Shown piece by piece: positions 1 through 10,268 of a stretch of DNA of 64,000 nucleotides. Origin of the DNA: Gammaproteobacteria bacterium (GTDB lineage: Bacteria; Pseudomonadota; Gammaproteobacteria; Eutrophobiales; Eutrophobiaceae). The position numbers and the translations under genes are program-made. Position 1 is the stretch's first letter. Every line of letters begins with the position of its first letter. Below the pieces are notes generated by a model, which did no database searches, had not been told where the DNA came from, and was given only the letters and a program-made list of their open reading frames with translations. The stretch is from contig CBDCTH010000012.1 in assembly GCA_965222155.1 (NCBI GenBank), positions 1,056,001 to 1,120,000 on the forward strand. The letters run 5' to 3'.

Positions 1-890
1 TCTTTTGAGACGCCTACATGACGGGTCAGGAACTCCTCATAGGTCATGGTATCCAGCCAGTGATGCCAGTCCTCCTTTCTGTACGGCACACCCTTGTAGA
101 GTTCCATCTGCAACAGGTCGCGTTTCAGCCCGTCCGCTATCGGCGCGTCCTTGAAACCTGTATTCCAGGGGTTCATCACCATGCCGTGGTTTTCATGGTA
201 ATGGGCTAAATCCGCATGTTCCCAGGCAATGTGCATGGGGCTGTAAATATCCTTGGGGATGCGCAGATCTTTTTCCAGGCCTTTTGCGGCCTGGTATTTA
301 AACTCCTGCGGCAACCCCAGTTTATCCCAATAATGATGGTGCCAGCCTATGGGCTTGGTGCGGTTGGGCGGGAACACGCTGCCGTTGGAACCCTGCGGCC
401 CCCATAAATGGACGCCGTCTACGTCGAATTCGTTCTGTTTGGCTTCACCGCCGAAGATGGCATGGTTGTCCAGTATCAACACCGAGCCATTCGGTCTGTC
501 TTCGTGGTAGCGGTAGGCGGCGGAGAGACCGGAAAAGCCGCCGCCGACTACAACCAGGTCATAGACTTCGCCTGAATCAACAGCATCCTTGAAGGCTTTT
601 TCGTAAGCGCCGTTGCGGATGCCGTGGCCGTCGTTCAATACCTGATGGGTATTGCCGTTTGCATCCTTGTAGTCGCCGACACCGCCGGGGCCGGTCCAGT
701 CGGGACCCATGCCGGTCAGCGGAACTGGGAGTGTCTGGGCGCTTGCGTTGCGCATCAGGCCAGGCGCATTGGCGTACAACAAACCGGCGCCTGTGCCGAT
801 TATGGTGCTGCCGATAAAATCCCGGCGAGTGATATCGGTGTCGAAGCCCAGTAGTTTGTCTTCGCAGGTGTTTTTCTTCGGTGTTGTCAT
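1..890 (-). CDS. Tat-exported FAD/NAD(P)-binding oxidoreductase, spermidine dehydrogenase (SpdH)-like; runs off the window edge
   Basis: Not in ORF track. Manual translation from ATG at 890 (GGAG upstream) gives MTTPKKNTCEDKLLGFDTDITRRDFIG (twin-arginine), DWTGPGGVGDY..NGNTH, YDLVVVGGGFSGLSAAY (Rossmann) and ILDNHAIFGGEAKQNEF, motifs typical of SpdH-like proteins. Confidence 0.75.
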   Translation of the reverse strand, partial: MTTPKKNTCEDKLLGFDTDITRRDFIGSTIIGTGAGLLYANAPGLMRNASAQTLPVPLTGMGPDWTGPGGVGDYKDANGNTHQVLNDGHGIRNGAYEKAFKDAVDSGEVYDLVVVGGGFSGLSAAYRYHEDRPNGSVLILDNHAIFGGEAKQNEFDVDGVHLWGPQGSNGSVFPPNRTKPIGWHHHYWDKLGLPQEFKYQAAKGLEKDLRIPKDIYSPMHIAWEHADLAHYHENHGMVMNPWNTGFKDAPIADGLKRDLLQMELYKGVPYRKEDWHHWLDTMTYEEFLTRHVGVSK

Positions 891-926
891 GCTCTCCCCC
901 TCCGGACCCGGGTTTTCCAGGGTTGC

Positions 927-3149
927 TCAAAAACTGTATGAGATGGTTCCACCGATCCATTGCGGTGGCGCATAGACACTCTCAATCAATCCACCAAGTG
1001 CAAGGTCAAGCATGTAGAGACGGTGTTCCGCATCTGTGAAGTTCTTTACAAATGCCTCGACCTTCCAATTCTCATCTGCCGTTGTGTATGAGGCACGGAT
1101 GTTACCCAGAAAATAACCCTTCTCTTCAGATGCGGCGGAGTTGAAAACGTCAAGGTAATGATCGTCGTTGTAGTTACCGTCAATCTGTAAAGAAAATTCA
1201 CCACCACCAAATGCAGCAGCCGGCCACGTGTAACGGGCCAGGAAGTTGATGGAGACCGAGGGCGCACTGGGCACTTCAGTATTTTGAAGTTCAGGCGGCG
1301 TACCGAATGTATTCGGCACAGAAGTGATCTCCGATTCCAGCAGGGACAACCCTGCAACTAAATCCAGTTGCTCGGCGGGCGACCAGAACAATTCTATTTC
1401 ACCACCGTAGATTTCAGCATCCCGATTTACAATCACGGGAAATGCTTCCAACAGACCAAATGCCTGATAATCGTCATAGTCGTAGTAAAAACCAGAGGCA
1501 TTGAGACGCATACCCGCTTCCGGAAACGACTTCTTGAACCCGATTTCGTAGGCGTGCAACACTTCTTCATCATGACGCAGACGCTCGACCGGGGTTATAA
1601 AAAGTGTGTAGCTTCCTCCCTTGATGCCTCGATTGAAAGAGGCAAAGGCCAGGAAATCCTCATTGGGCTTCCAGTCCAGTTGCAGGCGCACCGCGAAATC
1701 GCCGTAATCTATGTCGGGCGCCAGCGTTGGATCCGCTTCCGTATCAAGAAAAATCGTTCCTGCCGGAAAGTCCAGTCCGGGAAACAGACCAAATTCAGCG
1801 CCACCACCATCAGTAAAATTGATCAGGTCTATACTCTTGTCATCCTGGCTGAAACGAAGGCCGCCAATAAAGGTTAGTTCACTGGTCAGGTCGTACTCGA
1901 CCTGGCCGAAAACTGACCAGTTTTGTGAATCCATTGTCCATTCGTTGGCTATCCTGCCATCCGGCACACCGGTGACAAAAATCCCGCCGACGAAATCCCC
2001 ACCTTCAATGTCCACATCCATGTAATAGGCGCCGAGTTGCCAGCGCAATCGGTCATAGTCACCAGACAGCCTCGCCTCCTGGGTAATCTGCTCTGTTTCA
2101 GCAACCGGATTGTAAGGAAAATCAGGGACAAAACCACCACCGGCATCTTCCAGATAGTCCTTGAAAATGTCAGTCCAGCTCGTAATGGAGACAAATTCCA
2201 GATTGTCATTTATCTGCCAGGTCATTTTTCCGATGACAGAAGTCACATCGCGAGTGATACCGCCTTCCAGGTAGTTCGCATGTTTGTGGACATCACCGGT
2301 AATCGGTGACTGTTCCGGTTCTGCACCGAAACCAGTGGCCGGGTCCGGTGAAGCCGGATAAACAACGTAACCTCCGGTGGGCGCGTCATTGTCTTCGGTT
2401 CGGGAAACCCTCAAATCGATGAGCACGTCTTCAGACGCATCCCATTGCAGAGCGCCCCTGATTGAAAAACCATCTTTACCGTTAGTATCCCGGACACCTG
2501 GACGAATGGATTCGGTATATCCGTCTGCTTTCTCCCAACGACCTGCAACTCTGGCTCGCAATGTTGGCGACAGTGCACCCCCCACCGCACCTTCAAAAGT
2601 ATAGTTATCATATTCGGCAAAACCGGCCTTGAAATAACCGTTGAATTCTTCCTCATCCGGCGCATTGGTTAAATAGTGGATCACGCCACCCGTCGCATTC
2701 CGGCCGAACAAGGTCCCCTGAGGGCCACGCAATACTTCTACCCGTTCCAGGTCATAGGCTTGCTGCCCCAAGCCGTTGGTCGAGGACATATAGGCATCAT
2801 CGATATAGACGGCGATTGGCGCTTCTACCGAATCAAGGAAGGTATTTTGCGAAACGCCGCGCAGATTAAAGTAAATGTTCCCCGGGTTGTAAGTAAACAA
2901 TTGCAGGCCGGGGACCTGGTAAACGATATCAACCGTATTGGTCACACCCATTTTTTCCAGTTGCTCTCCGGAAAACGCAGCGATTGAAATACCTACGTCC
3001 TGCAGGCTTTGTTCACGTTTCTGTGCCGTGACAGTAATTTCTTCCAGTATCTGCGCACTTGCAGCATTCGAAAAAGACAGGATGATGCTTGAACCAAGCA
3101 ACGAGATAAATATCCATCTGTAAAGTTGATTAAATATGTGCATTTTCAT
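927..3149 (-). CDS. TonB-dependent receptor
   Basis: Signal peptide, LEEITVTAQKREQSLQDV TonB-box region, plug motif ERVEVLRGPQGTLFGRNATGG, C-terminal ISYSF. Confidence 0.95.
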   Translation of the reverse strand: MKMHIFNQLYRWIFISLLGSSIILSFSNAASAQILEEITVTAQKREQSLQDVGISIAAFSGEQLEKMGVTNTVDIVYQVPGLQLFTYNPGNIYFNLRGVSQNTFLDSVEAPIAVYIDDAYMSSTNGLGQQAYDLERVEVLRGPQGTLFGRNATGGVIHYLTNAPDEEEFNGYFKAGFAEYDNYTFEGAVGGALSPTLRARVAGRWEKADGYTESIRPGVRDTNGKDGFSIRGALQWDASEDVLIDLRVSRTEDNDAPTGGYVVYPASPDPATGFGAEPEQSPITGDVHKHANYLEGGITRDVTSVIGKMTWQINDNLEFVSITSWTDIFKDYLEDAGGGFVPDFPYNPVAETEQITQEARLSGDYDRLRWQLGAYYMDVDIEGGDFVGGIFVTGVPDGRIANEWTMDSQNWSVFGQVEYDLTSELTFIGGLRFSQDDKSIDLINFTDGGGAEFGLFPGLDFPAGTIFLDTEADPTLAPDIDYGDFAVRLQLDWKPNEDFLAFASFNRGIKGGSYTLFITPVERLRHDEEVLHAYEIGFKKSFPEAGMRLNASGFYYDYDDYQAFGLLEAFPVIVNRDAEIYGGEIELFWSPAEQLDLVAGLSLLESEITSVPNTFGTPPELQNTEVPSAPSVSINFLARYTWPAAAFGGGEFSLQIDGNYNDDHYLDVFNSAASEEKGYFLGNIRASYTTADENWKVEAFVKNFTDAEHRLYMLDLALGGLIESVYAPPQWIGGTISYSF

Positions 3150-3250
3150 TGTCCCCTCGTCATCTCAGGCTGAGATTGTGTGAGTATGATAATATCTAGT
3201 TGGTCAGTTGACAAATATTATACGAGACTTAAACTTTTATCAATATCTCA

Positions 3251-3898
3251 ATGCGAGCCTCAGATCAGAATTCTCCTAAGATTACTGCAAAGTCAACAGC
3301 AGCGAGCAGTAATAAAGGCAGGAAACGTATCAAAGAAATCATGGAAGCCTGCAAGACCGTTCTGATTGACAAAGGCTATACTCAATTTTCCTTGCGTAAT
3401 ATCGCCAGGGAAGCCGGCATCCACCTCAGTAATCTCCAATACTACTTCCGTACCAGGGAAGAATTAATCAAGGCACTGATCGATTACAACAGCCAGTCCT
3501 ATTCCCAAAAATACACGGATGCGTTTGCAACACTGCCGACTACGCCTCATCTCAGGTTTCTAGCAGTCATTGACTACCTCATCGAAGATATCAGGGACCC
3601 ACTGACAAGACGTTTCTTTATTCAGTTCTGGGCCTTGCTTGATGCCTCTGGCGCGCATACCGATAGATTGCTGAATGACATGTATGCGCCGCACATACAA
3701 ACGCTCAATCAATTTATTGCGGAATTAAATCCGTTATTATCTCCCGGGGCCAGGCAGCAACGGGCCGCAATGATTGCCTCCATGATAGAAGGTATGATGT
3801 TGATGCTGGAAGAAGCCGATAATGATCTCGAGGAAAACGAAGCCGGGATTGAAACGGAGTTGCGAAAACAGATTATCCGAATTGCAATGGATACATAG
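3251..3898 (+). CDS. TetR/AcrR family transcriptional regulator
   Basis: N-terminal HTH GYTQFSLRNIAREAGIHLSNLQYYFRTREEL; divergent from the TBDR. Confidence 0.92.
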   Translation: MRASDQNSPKITAKSTAASSNKGRKRIKEIMEACKTVLIDKGYTQFSLRNIAREAGIHLSNLQYYFRTREELIKALIDYNSQSYSQKYTDAFATLPTTPHLRFLAVIDYLIEDIRDPLTRRFFIQFWALLDASGAHTDRLLNDMYAPHIQTLNQFIAELNPLLSPGARQQRAAMIASMIEGMMLMLEEADNDLEENEAGIETELRKQIIRIAMDT

Positions 3899-3973
3899 TT
3901 ATTCATTTAGCATTCAGGGTCGGACCCACATAACCATCCTAAGATAGATTACCTGTATTATCAGTAAGCTGTA

Positions 3974-4972
3974 TCAGATTAGGCTGGTCTGACCCGATTC
4001 TTCGTTCATCTTCTCGCGAAAGGCGCCGGGAGACATGGCATACTGCTGTTTGAAACGCTTGTTGAAGTGGGCGGAGTCCTGGAATCCCCAGTAAAAAGCG
4101 ATGTCGGAGATTTTTCTGTTCTTCATGTGCGGGTTCAACAGGTCGAGCGCGCAGAAATCCAGCCGTTGGCGAAAAATGTACTGTTTGACCGTATCACCAT
4201 CAGCATTGGCATTGAACAACCAGTGCAGGTAGCGGGAAGACATGCCGCCCGCTTTTGCGATCATTGCCGGTGACAGGTCCGGGTTACGAATATTGGCTTT
4301 GATGTAATCCTTGATATGGTGCAATTGGGTAACGCGTAAAGGTTTTGCGTCTTCCGCGCTTCCCACATCCAGGGCATTGACCAGCACGCCGATAGTAGCG
4401 TCGATTAACGCATAGTTGTCCTTGCAGCCTCCGCCAAATACAGACGTGGATAATGATTTAACGTGATCGGTCAACAGGAGACCGCTGTTTGATTGTCCGT
4501 CCAGCGAGTGCCGGATTGAAAACCACGAGCGAGGTAGCCACGATTGAAAGCGCGGTAAGGGCAGGACTACGGATATCTTGTGCAACCGGTCCTGGACCTG
4601 GAAAGACATGGGTTTGGTGCTGTCCCAGATCAGCAGGTCACCTTGTCTCAAGGTGATATCCTCGCCGTTGAAGTTGATGTATTCGCAGCCCTGAAGTACG
4701 GCCTGTATGGTCAGAGTCTCGAGGCCGTCGGCCCGGATGCTGGAGCGGGTACGGGTCGCGCCACAGGGGTCACAGATGCATTCAATGACCTTCAGGATTG
4801 TATCGTCATAATACTTGACGGTACTGAAGAAGTCAGACGTCACCGGTTTATCCATTTCCCAGCGACCATAGGCCTCGTTCAGTACGCTCGTCCAGGCATC
4901 GAACCGGTCACTCTTCGCCAGTTCATTTGTCGTCCAGGTATTGACGAACGATTGTGCAGTATTATCTCCCAT
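3974..4972 (-). CDS. AraC family regulator (FeaR-like N-terminal domain)
   Basis: C-terminal DLSPAMIAKAGGMSSRYLHWLF...KISDIAFYWGFQDSAHFNKRFKQQYAMSPG; divergent from the TBDR-cupin operon. Confidence 0.92.
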   Translation of the reverse strand: MGDNTAQSFVNTWTTNELAKSDRFDAWTSVLNEAYGRWEMDKPVTSDFFSTVKYYDDTILKVIECICDPCGATRTRSSIRADGLETLTIQAVLQGCEYINFNGEDITLRQGDLLIWDSTKPMSFQVQDRLHKISVVLPLPRFQSWLPRSWFSIRHSLDGQSNSGLLLTDHVKSLSTSVFGGGCKDNYALIDATIGVLVNALDVGSAEDAKPLRVTQLHHIKDYIKANIRNPDLSPAMIAKAGGMSSRYLHWLFNANADGDTVKQYIFRQRLDFCALDLLNPHMKNRKISDIAFYWGFQDSAHFNKRFKQQYAMSPGAFREKMNEESGQTSLI

Positions 4973-5403
4973 TGCCCCCTCTAGCCGTCTCCCTTACCAA
5001 TGTGCGCGATCACCACATCTAACGGTAAAGTATACGGGCTTGTGTGTTTTCAACAACACCAATCAGGTGATAATTTAACGATAAAAATGAATGTGCATCA
5101 TACCGCCAAAATTTACCGATACTCTTAAAGTTTAGCCTGTTTTCGCTTAAAACCAAGTTTATTTGCACTATTAACAAAGATATGGCTCGTAACTACCTTA
5201 AGAACCTGCTTTTCCTGCATCATTTGCACGTCCAGACAGGTTCAGTTTCACCAGGAAACAAGTTACTTTCAGCATTATCCGGTACACTTCCATTGTTAAA
5301 ATACAACAAGAAAATTAATCCACTCAAACATATCCGTACTGTTACGTGTAGAACTGAACAGCAACCGGGTAAAACCAATGTGGTTGGCAAAGGGGGAAAG
5401 TTA

Positions 5404-7764
5404 ATGAACAGATACTCGTTTAGCAATTGGCAATCGGCAGGCACTGACACTGCAGTCCGCCGAAGAATAAGCACCATTACGGGTTCCGCCCTCGGCACGG
5501 CAATGCTGGCGGTGGGGTTGTTGGCCGCGCCCGCGGGCGCGTTGTTGACGAGCCAGGCTGTCATGGCGCAAGGCGAAACACTGCTTGAGGAGATTATCGT
5601 CACCGCACGCAAACGCGAGGAAAATGTGCTGGAGATACCGGAGTCCCTCACCACATTCACGGGGGATATGGTGGAGAGGGCCAATATCAACGGCCTTGAA
5701 GATATCGGGCTGCTGGTGCCCAACCTCTGGATGAGCCGGCGCCTGGACGGTTACCCCAATGTCTCCATTCGCAGTCTGGGGGGATTCGGCAATACCCAGG
5801 GGGTCGGGTTTTACCTGGATGACGTGCAGTTGTTCGGGGATGCTTCGTCCCGCTTCGGCAATTTCGAACGGATCGAGGTGTTGAAAGGGCCGCAGGGCAT
5901 CCTCTATGGCGGCGCCAACATCGGCGGCGCGGTCAAATTTGTTACCAAACGGCCGGACCCCGAAGCCTTTTCGGGCCGGGTTAAAACGCAGGCCGGTGAA
6001 GATAATTACTATGACGGCGAGGTTCAGTTGAATGTGCCGCTGGGTAATGATTGGGCAATGGCGCTGTATGGGTTTGCCATGACCGATGATTCGTACCTGG
6101 TCAACCCCAATACCCCGCGCCTGAACGGCGGCGTTCCGGACGTTGATCCCGACGTGGGGCACACAGAGAAATACGGCGTGCGCGCGGCCCTGGCCGGCAA
6201 TATCAGCGAACAGCTTTCGCTTCACGCTACCCTACGTTACAACGAGTACGATGGCCCCAACAACATCTGGAACCGGGAGATGAATGGCGATCTCACCCAC
6301 ACCAACATCATCGACACCAGCTACAATGCGAGCCACGAGCGGGAAACCATCGCCGGCAGCATAGAACTGACCTATGATTTCGGCAACTTTGACGCCACAT
6401 ATCTTACCTCCTATACGGACACGGAGTCGGACCGGGAGACTGACCTTGATATCGACCAGGAGTTCGTGCTCGACCTGACCCGGTCATGGCCGGTCGAGGT
6501 ATGGACCCATGAATTGCGCTTTACCTCCACGGATGACAGTCCCTTGCAATGGCAGGCCGGCGCCTACTACCTGGACTGGAAGAGGCACAAGTTCGGGGAA
6601 CTTCCGGTTCCCTACGGTTACTGCTTCTTCCTGGCTAATTGCAACGATGATACAGCCCCGCCGCCTTACCCCGCAAACGCCGGGCCACCGCCGATTGCTG
6701 CCAACCCGGTCACTGGCGAACCGTCGGAGTCTGAGGTAGTCGTGGTAGTTCCTTTCGAGAACCTCCGCGAAAAGCGCGAACAGGTGGCAGGTTTTGCCAA
6801 TTTCAGTTATCGCATGAGTAACCTGGAGATTGGTGGCGGTGTGCGCGTGGACCACTGGGAATTCGACGCGAACAACCGTGACAGTGGCACTACCGGAAGT
6901 CAGTCCAATACCGAGGTATTGGGCCGTGCGTCCATCTCCATGTTCTTTGATGATGACCGGTCCATGGTGTACGCGCTCTTCTCCCAGGGTTTTGAGCCGG
7001 GGAGTTTCAATGCGTTCGACCTGGAGGGCGAGAACGCCCTGTTCGACATCAAGCCAGAAGAGGCAACACAGGTCGAAATCGGCTACAAGGGGAGGTTGCT
7101 GGATGACCGCCTGATATTGACCCTGGCGGGTTTCTATATTGATTACGAGGGCCGGCAGTTCGAACTTCAGACGAAGAACCCTCAAACCGAGACTGTACTT
7201 GAGGGCATCTTCAATATTGGCGATTCAGAGCAATGGGGACTGGAGGGCGATATGGTCCTGTCCATGCATGAGAACTGGACTCTTTCTGCCGGGTTTGGCT
7301 ATGTGGACGCGGAATGGGTCGGTGGCACTGAATTCGTGACCCCAAGCGATTATCTCTCTGACCTCTCGGGAAGGAGACCGCCCAACACCGTAAAGTGGAG
7401 CGCCACCGCGGCGCTGGATTACGACCAGCAGTTGAACGATGACATGCGCCTGTTCGGGCGCCTGCAACTACGCTACAAGGGGGGGGCTTCCACCAATGCC
7501 CAACTCTGGGATTCACCCGGGGATGATTTTCCGTTCTGGACAAACCCTGATTTTACTGTCGTGGACCTGGGCGCCGGGGTGGAGTGGAACAACTGGGAGT
7601 TCGGCATTCATATAGAGAACCTGTTCGACGAGGACTACTACATCGACGTGCAGGAATTTCCAAACTTTGCGGGTAGCAAACTGCAGGGAGCTCCAGGCTC
7701 TATCATCATCGGCACCCTGGAGCAACCGCGCCGTGTAGTCGGCTCGGTGCAGTACCATTTCTAA
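5404..7764 (+). CDS. TonB-dependent receptor (start likely ATG 5404 rather than 5182)
   Basis: LEEIIVTARKREE, ERIEVLKGPQGILYG, C-terminal VQYHF; purine-rich RBS-like GGGGGAAAG before 5404. Confidence 0.93.
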   Translation: MNRYSFSNWQSAGTDTAVRRRISTITGSALGTAMLAVGLLAAPAGALLTSQAVMAQGETLLEEIIVTARKREENVLEIPESLTTFTGDMVERANINGLEDIGLLVPNLWMSRRLDGYPNVSIRSLGGFGNTQGVGFYLDDVQLFGDASSRFGNFERIEVLKGPQGILYGGANIGGAVKFVTKRPDPEAFSGRVKTQAGEDNYYDGEVQLNVPLGNDWAMALYGFAMTDDSYLVNPNTPRLNGGVPDVDPDVGHTEKYGVRAALAGNISEQLSLHATLRYNEYDGPNNIWNREMNGDLTHTNIIDTSYNASHERETIAGSIELTYDFGNFDATYLTSYTDTESDRETDLDIDQEFVLDLTRSWPVEVWTHELRFTSTDDSPLQWQAGAYYLDWKRHKFGELPVPYGYCFFLANCNDDTAPPPYPANAGPPPIAANPVTGEPSESEVVVVVPFENLREKREQVAGFANFSYRMSNLEIGGGVRVDHWEFDANNRDSGTTGSQSNTEVLGRASISMFFDDDRSMVYALFSQGFEPGSFNAFDLEGENALFDIKPEEATQVEIGYKGRLLDDRLILTLAGFYIDYEGRQFELQTKNPQTETVLEGIFNIGDSEQWGLEGDMVLSMHENWTLSAGFGYVDAEWVGGTEFVTPSDYLSDLSGRRPPNTVKWSATAALDYDQQLNDDMRLFGRLQLRYKGGASTNAQLWDSPGDDFPFWTNPDFTVVDLGAGVEWNNWEFGIHIENLFDEDYYIDVQEFPNFAGSKLQGAPGSIIIGTLEQPRRVVGSVQYHF

Positions 7765-7803
7765 CGTATCCGATTCCTGTAAACGCAATCACTGGTTAAA
7801 ACT

Positions 7804-8346
7804 ATGGCACTACCACAAGACATCAGTCCCGTTAACAGCGAACTGATGGCTTCGCTTTGCAAAACCGGTGAGATGGATTGGATTCCCATGGAAGCGGACC
7901 CCGAGCGGGGCTTCATGAAGGTCCTGTGGACAGGACCCGAGACCGGTGCCTGGGCCGCGCTGTTTCGCTGGTATAAAGGCTACGTGGCGCCGCCCCATAA
8001 GCACCTGAGTCCGGCCCATGTGTATGTCCTGTCGGGGAAGTTACAGGTGCGCGATGGCATCCTCGAAGCCGGCGATTACGTGTATGAACCGAACGGCATG
8101 ATGCACGGCTCTACTACGGCCCTGGAGGATACCGACTACCTGTTTATCTGTAATGGCCCGGTCCTTTTCTTCGATGATAACAACTTCACCAGTTACCTGG
8201 GTTGGGAAGAACTATGTCGTATCCAGGAAGAATATACAAATACCGCCGGGTCTCGTCATTCCGGCGAAAGCCGGAATCCAGTCGATCAAATGATTCCTTC
8301 GGGTCTCGTCATTCCGGCGAAAGCCGGAATCCAGTCGATTAAATGA
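7804..8346 (+). CDS. Cupin of the 2,4'-dihydroxyacetophenone dioxygenase/ChrR-like family; C-terminal ~30 aa encoded by REP repeats
   Basis: PPHKHLSPAHVYVLSG...GDYVYEPNGMMH cupin His motif; GPVLFFD as in DAD/Dke1-type cupins. Confidence 0.8.
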   Translation: MALPQDISPVNSELMASLCKTGEMDWIPMEADPERGFMKVLWTGPETGAWAALFRWYKGYVAPPHKHLSPAHVYVLSGKLQVRDGILEAGDYVYEPNGMMHGSTTALEDTDYLFICNGPVLFFDDNNFTSYLGWEELCRIQEEYTNTAGSRHSGESRNPVDQMIPSGLVIPAKAGIQSIK

Positions 8347-8398
8347 TTCCTTATAAGGTAAAGTTTGTTCAACTGGATACCGGCATTCGCCGGTATGT
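8247..8398. repeat. REP-like palindromes: 53-bp tandem duplication carrying CGTCATTCCGGCGAAAGCCGGAATCCAGT, plus an inverted partner copy
   Basis: 8247-8299 and 8300-8352 near identical; inverse ACTGGATACCGGCATTCGCCGGTATG at ~8372. Confidence 0.9.
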
Positions 8399-8479
8399 CT
8401 GTCCTGGAATATTGTTATCCAGGGACGGGTCATGTAAGGCTCTGTGAGAGATTGAAAAGAACAGTAAGGTGTATACGCA

Positions 8480-9016
8480 ATGAGTGATACGGTTCAAGAG
8501 AGCGGCGTTACCCAGTCCCCTGAAACTGAAGGGTTTGTATTCAACCAGACCATGCTGCGCATCAAGGATCCGGAACGGTCCCTTGCGTTTTACCAGGACG
8601 TCCTGGGAATGACCCTGGTCAAGAAACTTGACTTCCCGGAGATGAAATTTTCGCTGTTTTTTATGGGATACATCCGGCCGGAAGATGGCCCCGTCCCGCA
8701 GGACCCGCTGGAGCGGACAGCATACACCTTTGAACAGAAGGCGTTGCTGGAACTGACCCATAACTGGGGCACGGAGAACGACGAGACATTTGAAGGTTAT
8801 CACAATGGTAACAACGACCCGCGTGGTTACGGCCATATCGGCCTGTCCGTTCCCGATGTTTATCGCGCTTGTAGTCGCTTCGAGGAATTAGGAGTAGAAT
8901 TTGTCAAGCGGCCGGATGACGGCAAGATGAAAGGCATCGCTTTTATTAAAGATCCGGATGGATATTGGATTGAAATTTTGGAAGCAGGAATATCGGCGGC
9001 TTTATGTAACCAGTAA
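8480..9016 (+). CDS. gloA: Lactoylglutathione lyase (glyoxalase I)
   Basis: [57 protein letters not shown]. Confidence 0.96.
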   Translation: MSDTVQESGVTQSPETEGFVFNQTMLRIKDPERSLAFYQDVLGMTLVKKLDFPEMKFSLFFMGYIRPEDGPVPQDPLERTAYTFEQKALLELTHNWGTENDETFEGYHNGNNDPRGYGHIGLSVPDVYRACSRFEELGVEFVKRPDDGKMKGIAFIKDPDGYWIEILEAGISAALCNQ

Positions 9017-9052
9017 AAATCAAAAACCCTGAATAAATGAGGAGGAAATAGC

Positions 9053-9514
9053 ATGAATCCACAAAAGTATGAGCCCGTTATCGGCCGTTCGGTACAAATT
9101 GACGAAATCGATTGGGTGGACTTTCCGGGACCGCTGAGCCAGGGCGGCATACGCTGGAAACTGTTAAACGTGGCGCCCGAACTGGGGTCCTGGGCAGCCA
9201 TATACGATTGTCCGAAAGGTTCATCTTTTGCGAGTCACATCCACGTCGGCCCGGGAGAATATTTCCTGACCAAAGGCCACATGGAAGTCAGGGGAGGCAT
9301 GGACGAAGGCGGTATAAGTGTAAAAGCCCCCGCCTACGGCTACGAAGCCTGCCAGGCCTTTCATGGGTTGACAAACTTTCTTGAAGACAGCGAGTTTTAT
9401 ATGACATTTCTCGGACCCCTGAATTTTGTTGACGATGATGGTAATACCGTTGCCCTGGTGACCTGGCAGACCGTTCAGGAAGCCTGGGAGGCATCGCAGG
9501 CAGCAAAAAGCTGA
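9053..9514 (+). CDS. dke1: Acetylacetone-cleaving dioxygenase (Dke1)-like 3-His cupin
   Basis: 153 aa; GSSFASHIHVGPGEYFLTKGHMEVRGG and FYMTFLGPLNFVDDDG closely match my recollection of Acinetobacter johnsonii Dke1; HxH plus distal H (AFHG). Confidence 0.82.
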   Translation: MNPQKYEPVIGRSVQIDEIDWVDFPGPLSQGGIRWKLLNVAPELGSWAAIYDCPKGSSFASHIHVGPGEYFLTKGHMEVRGGMDEGGISVKAPAYGYEACQAFHGLTNFLEDSEFYMTFLGPLNFVDDDGNTVALVTWQTVQEAWEASQAAKS

Positions 9515-9617
9515 GGCAGTATCCGTTACGTTACCCCGCCATTCCCCCGCAATGGGAAATGGCGGGGAAAGTTCTGTAAGAACCACCCTTTCGCCATTTC
9601 GACGCATTCCCCTGATT

Positions 9618-9800
9618 CGTCATTCCGGCGAATGCACCCCCGTCGTCATTCCGGCGAATGCCGGAATCCAGTACAATAATGAGTCGCCAAGGGCGACACG
9701 CTATTAGACTGGATACCGGGACAAGCCCGGTATGACGACTGAGGACAAGCCCGGTATGACGACTGAGGACAAGCCCGGTATGACGACATTTCGTCATTCC
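9618..9800. repeat. REP-like palindrome cluster with a 24-bp tandem stutter (GGACAAGCCCGGTATGACGACTGA x~3)
   Basis: CGTCATTCCGGCGAATG copies at ~9618 and ~9644; tandem units 9719-9742, 9743-9766, partial 9767-9787. Confidence 0.9.
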
Positions 9801-9938
9801 CCCATCATATGGGCATCCGCTGGTGTCGGAGTATTCTGTAATGACGTAATTTGACTAATCTCAGTCGTTCCTGGGATAATTGCCCGTATCCTCCGCTGCT
9901 TAAGATGCGTGTTTAATTATCATCTCCCAGCAGGAACT

Positions 9939-10263
9939 TAACCCGGATTTCTCATCAGGTCGCTAGCTGCTATCGGAAACATCAATGTGCTGTCAATAAG
10001 TTATGGTAAAATTCTCAATATCCCGTCATTACAGACTGCGCTTGGTGCGTTCATTGCGCACATCCATGTACGCAACCCTGCGGGCGGCTGTTGCCGTGCA
10101 AATCGTCAGTCCTGACGATTTGTCCCTCAACCAGACAAATCTGCCTGGAGCAGATTTGGACATCCGCAGAGGATCCGCGGACGCCCGCAGGGTGTGCGCC
10201 ATGGAAGGCGCACATCTAAAATCCGGCGCGATCATCGCATCACCTGATGAGAAATCCGGGTTA
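9939..10263. mobile_element. MITE-like element, copy 1 (~325 bp)
   Basis: Perfect terminal inverted repeat TAACCCGGATTTCTCATCAGGT / ACCTGATGAGAAATCCGGGTTA in TTAA context; internal sequence shared with copies at 42470 and 51498. Confidence 0.85.
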
Positions 10264-10268
10264 AAACC

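Noticed and set aside
9531-9797. 88-aa ORF with SRHTGLVL repeats
   Set aside because: Translation of the 24-bp REP stutter.
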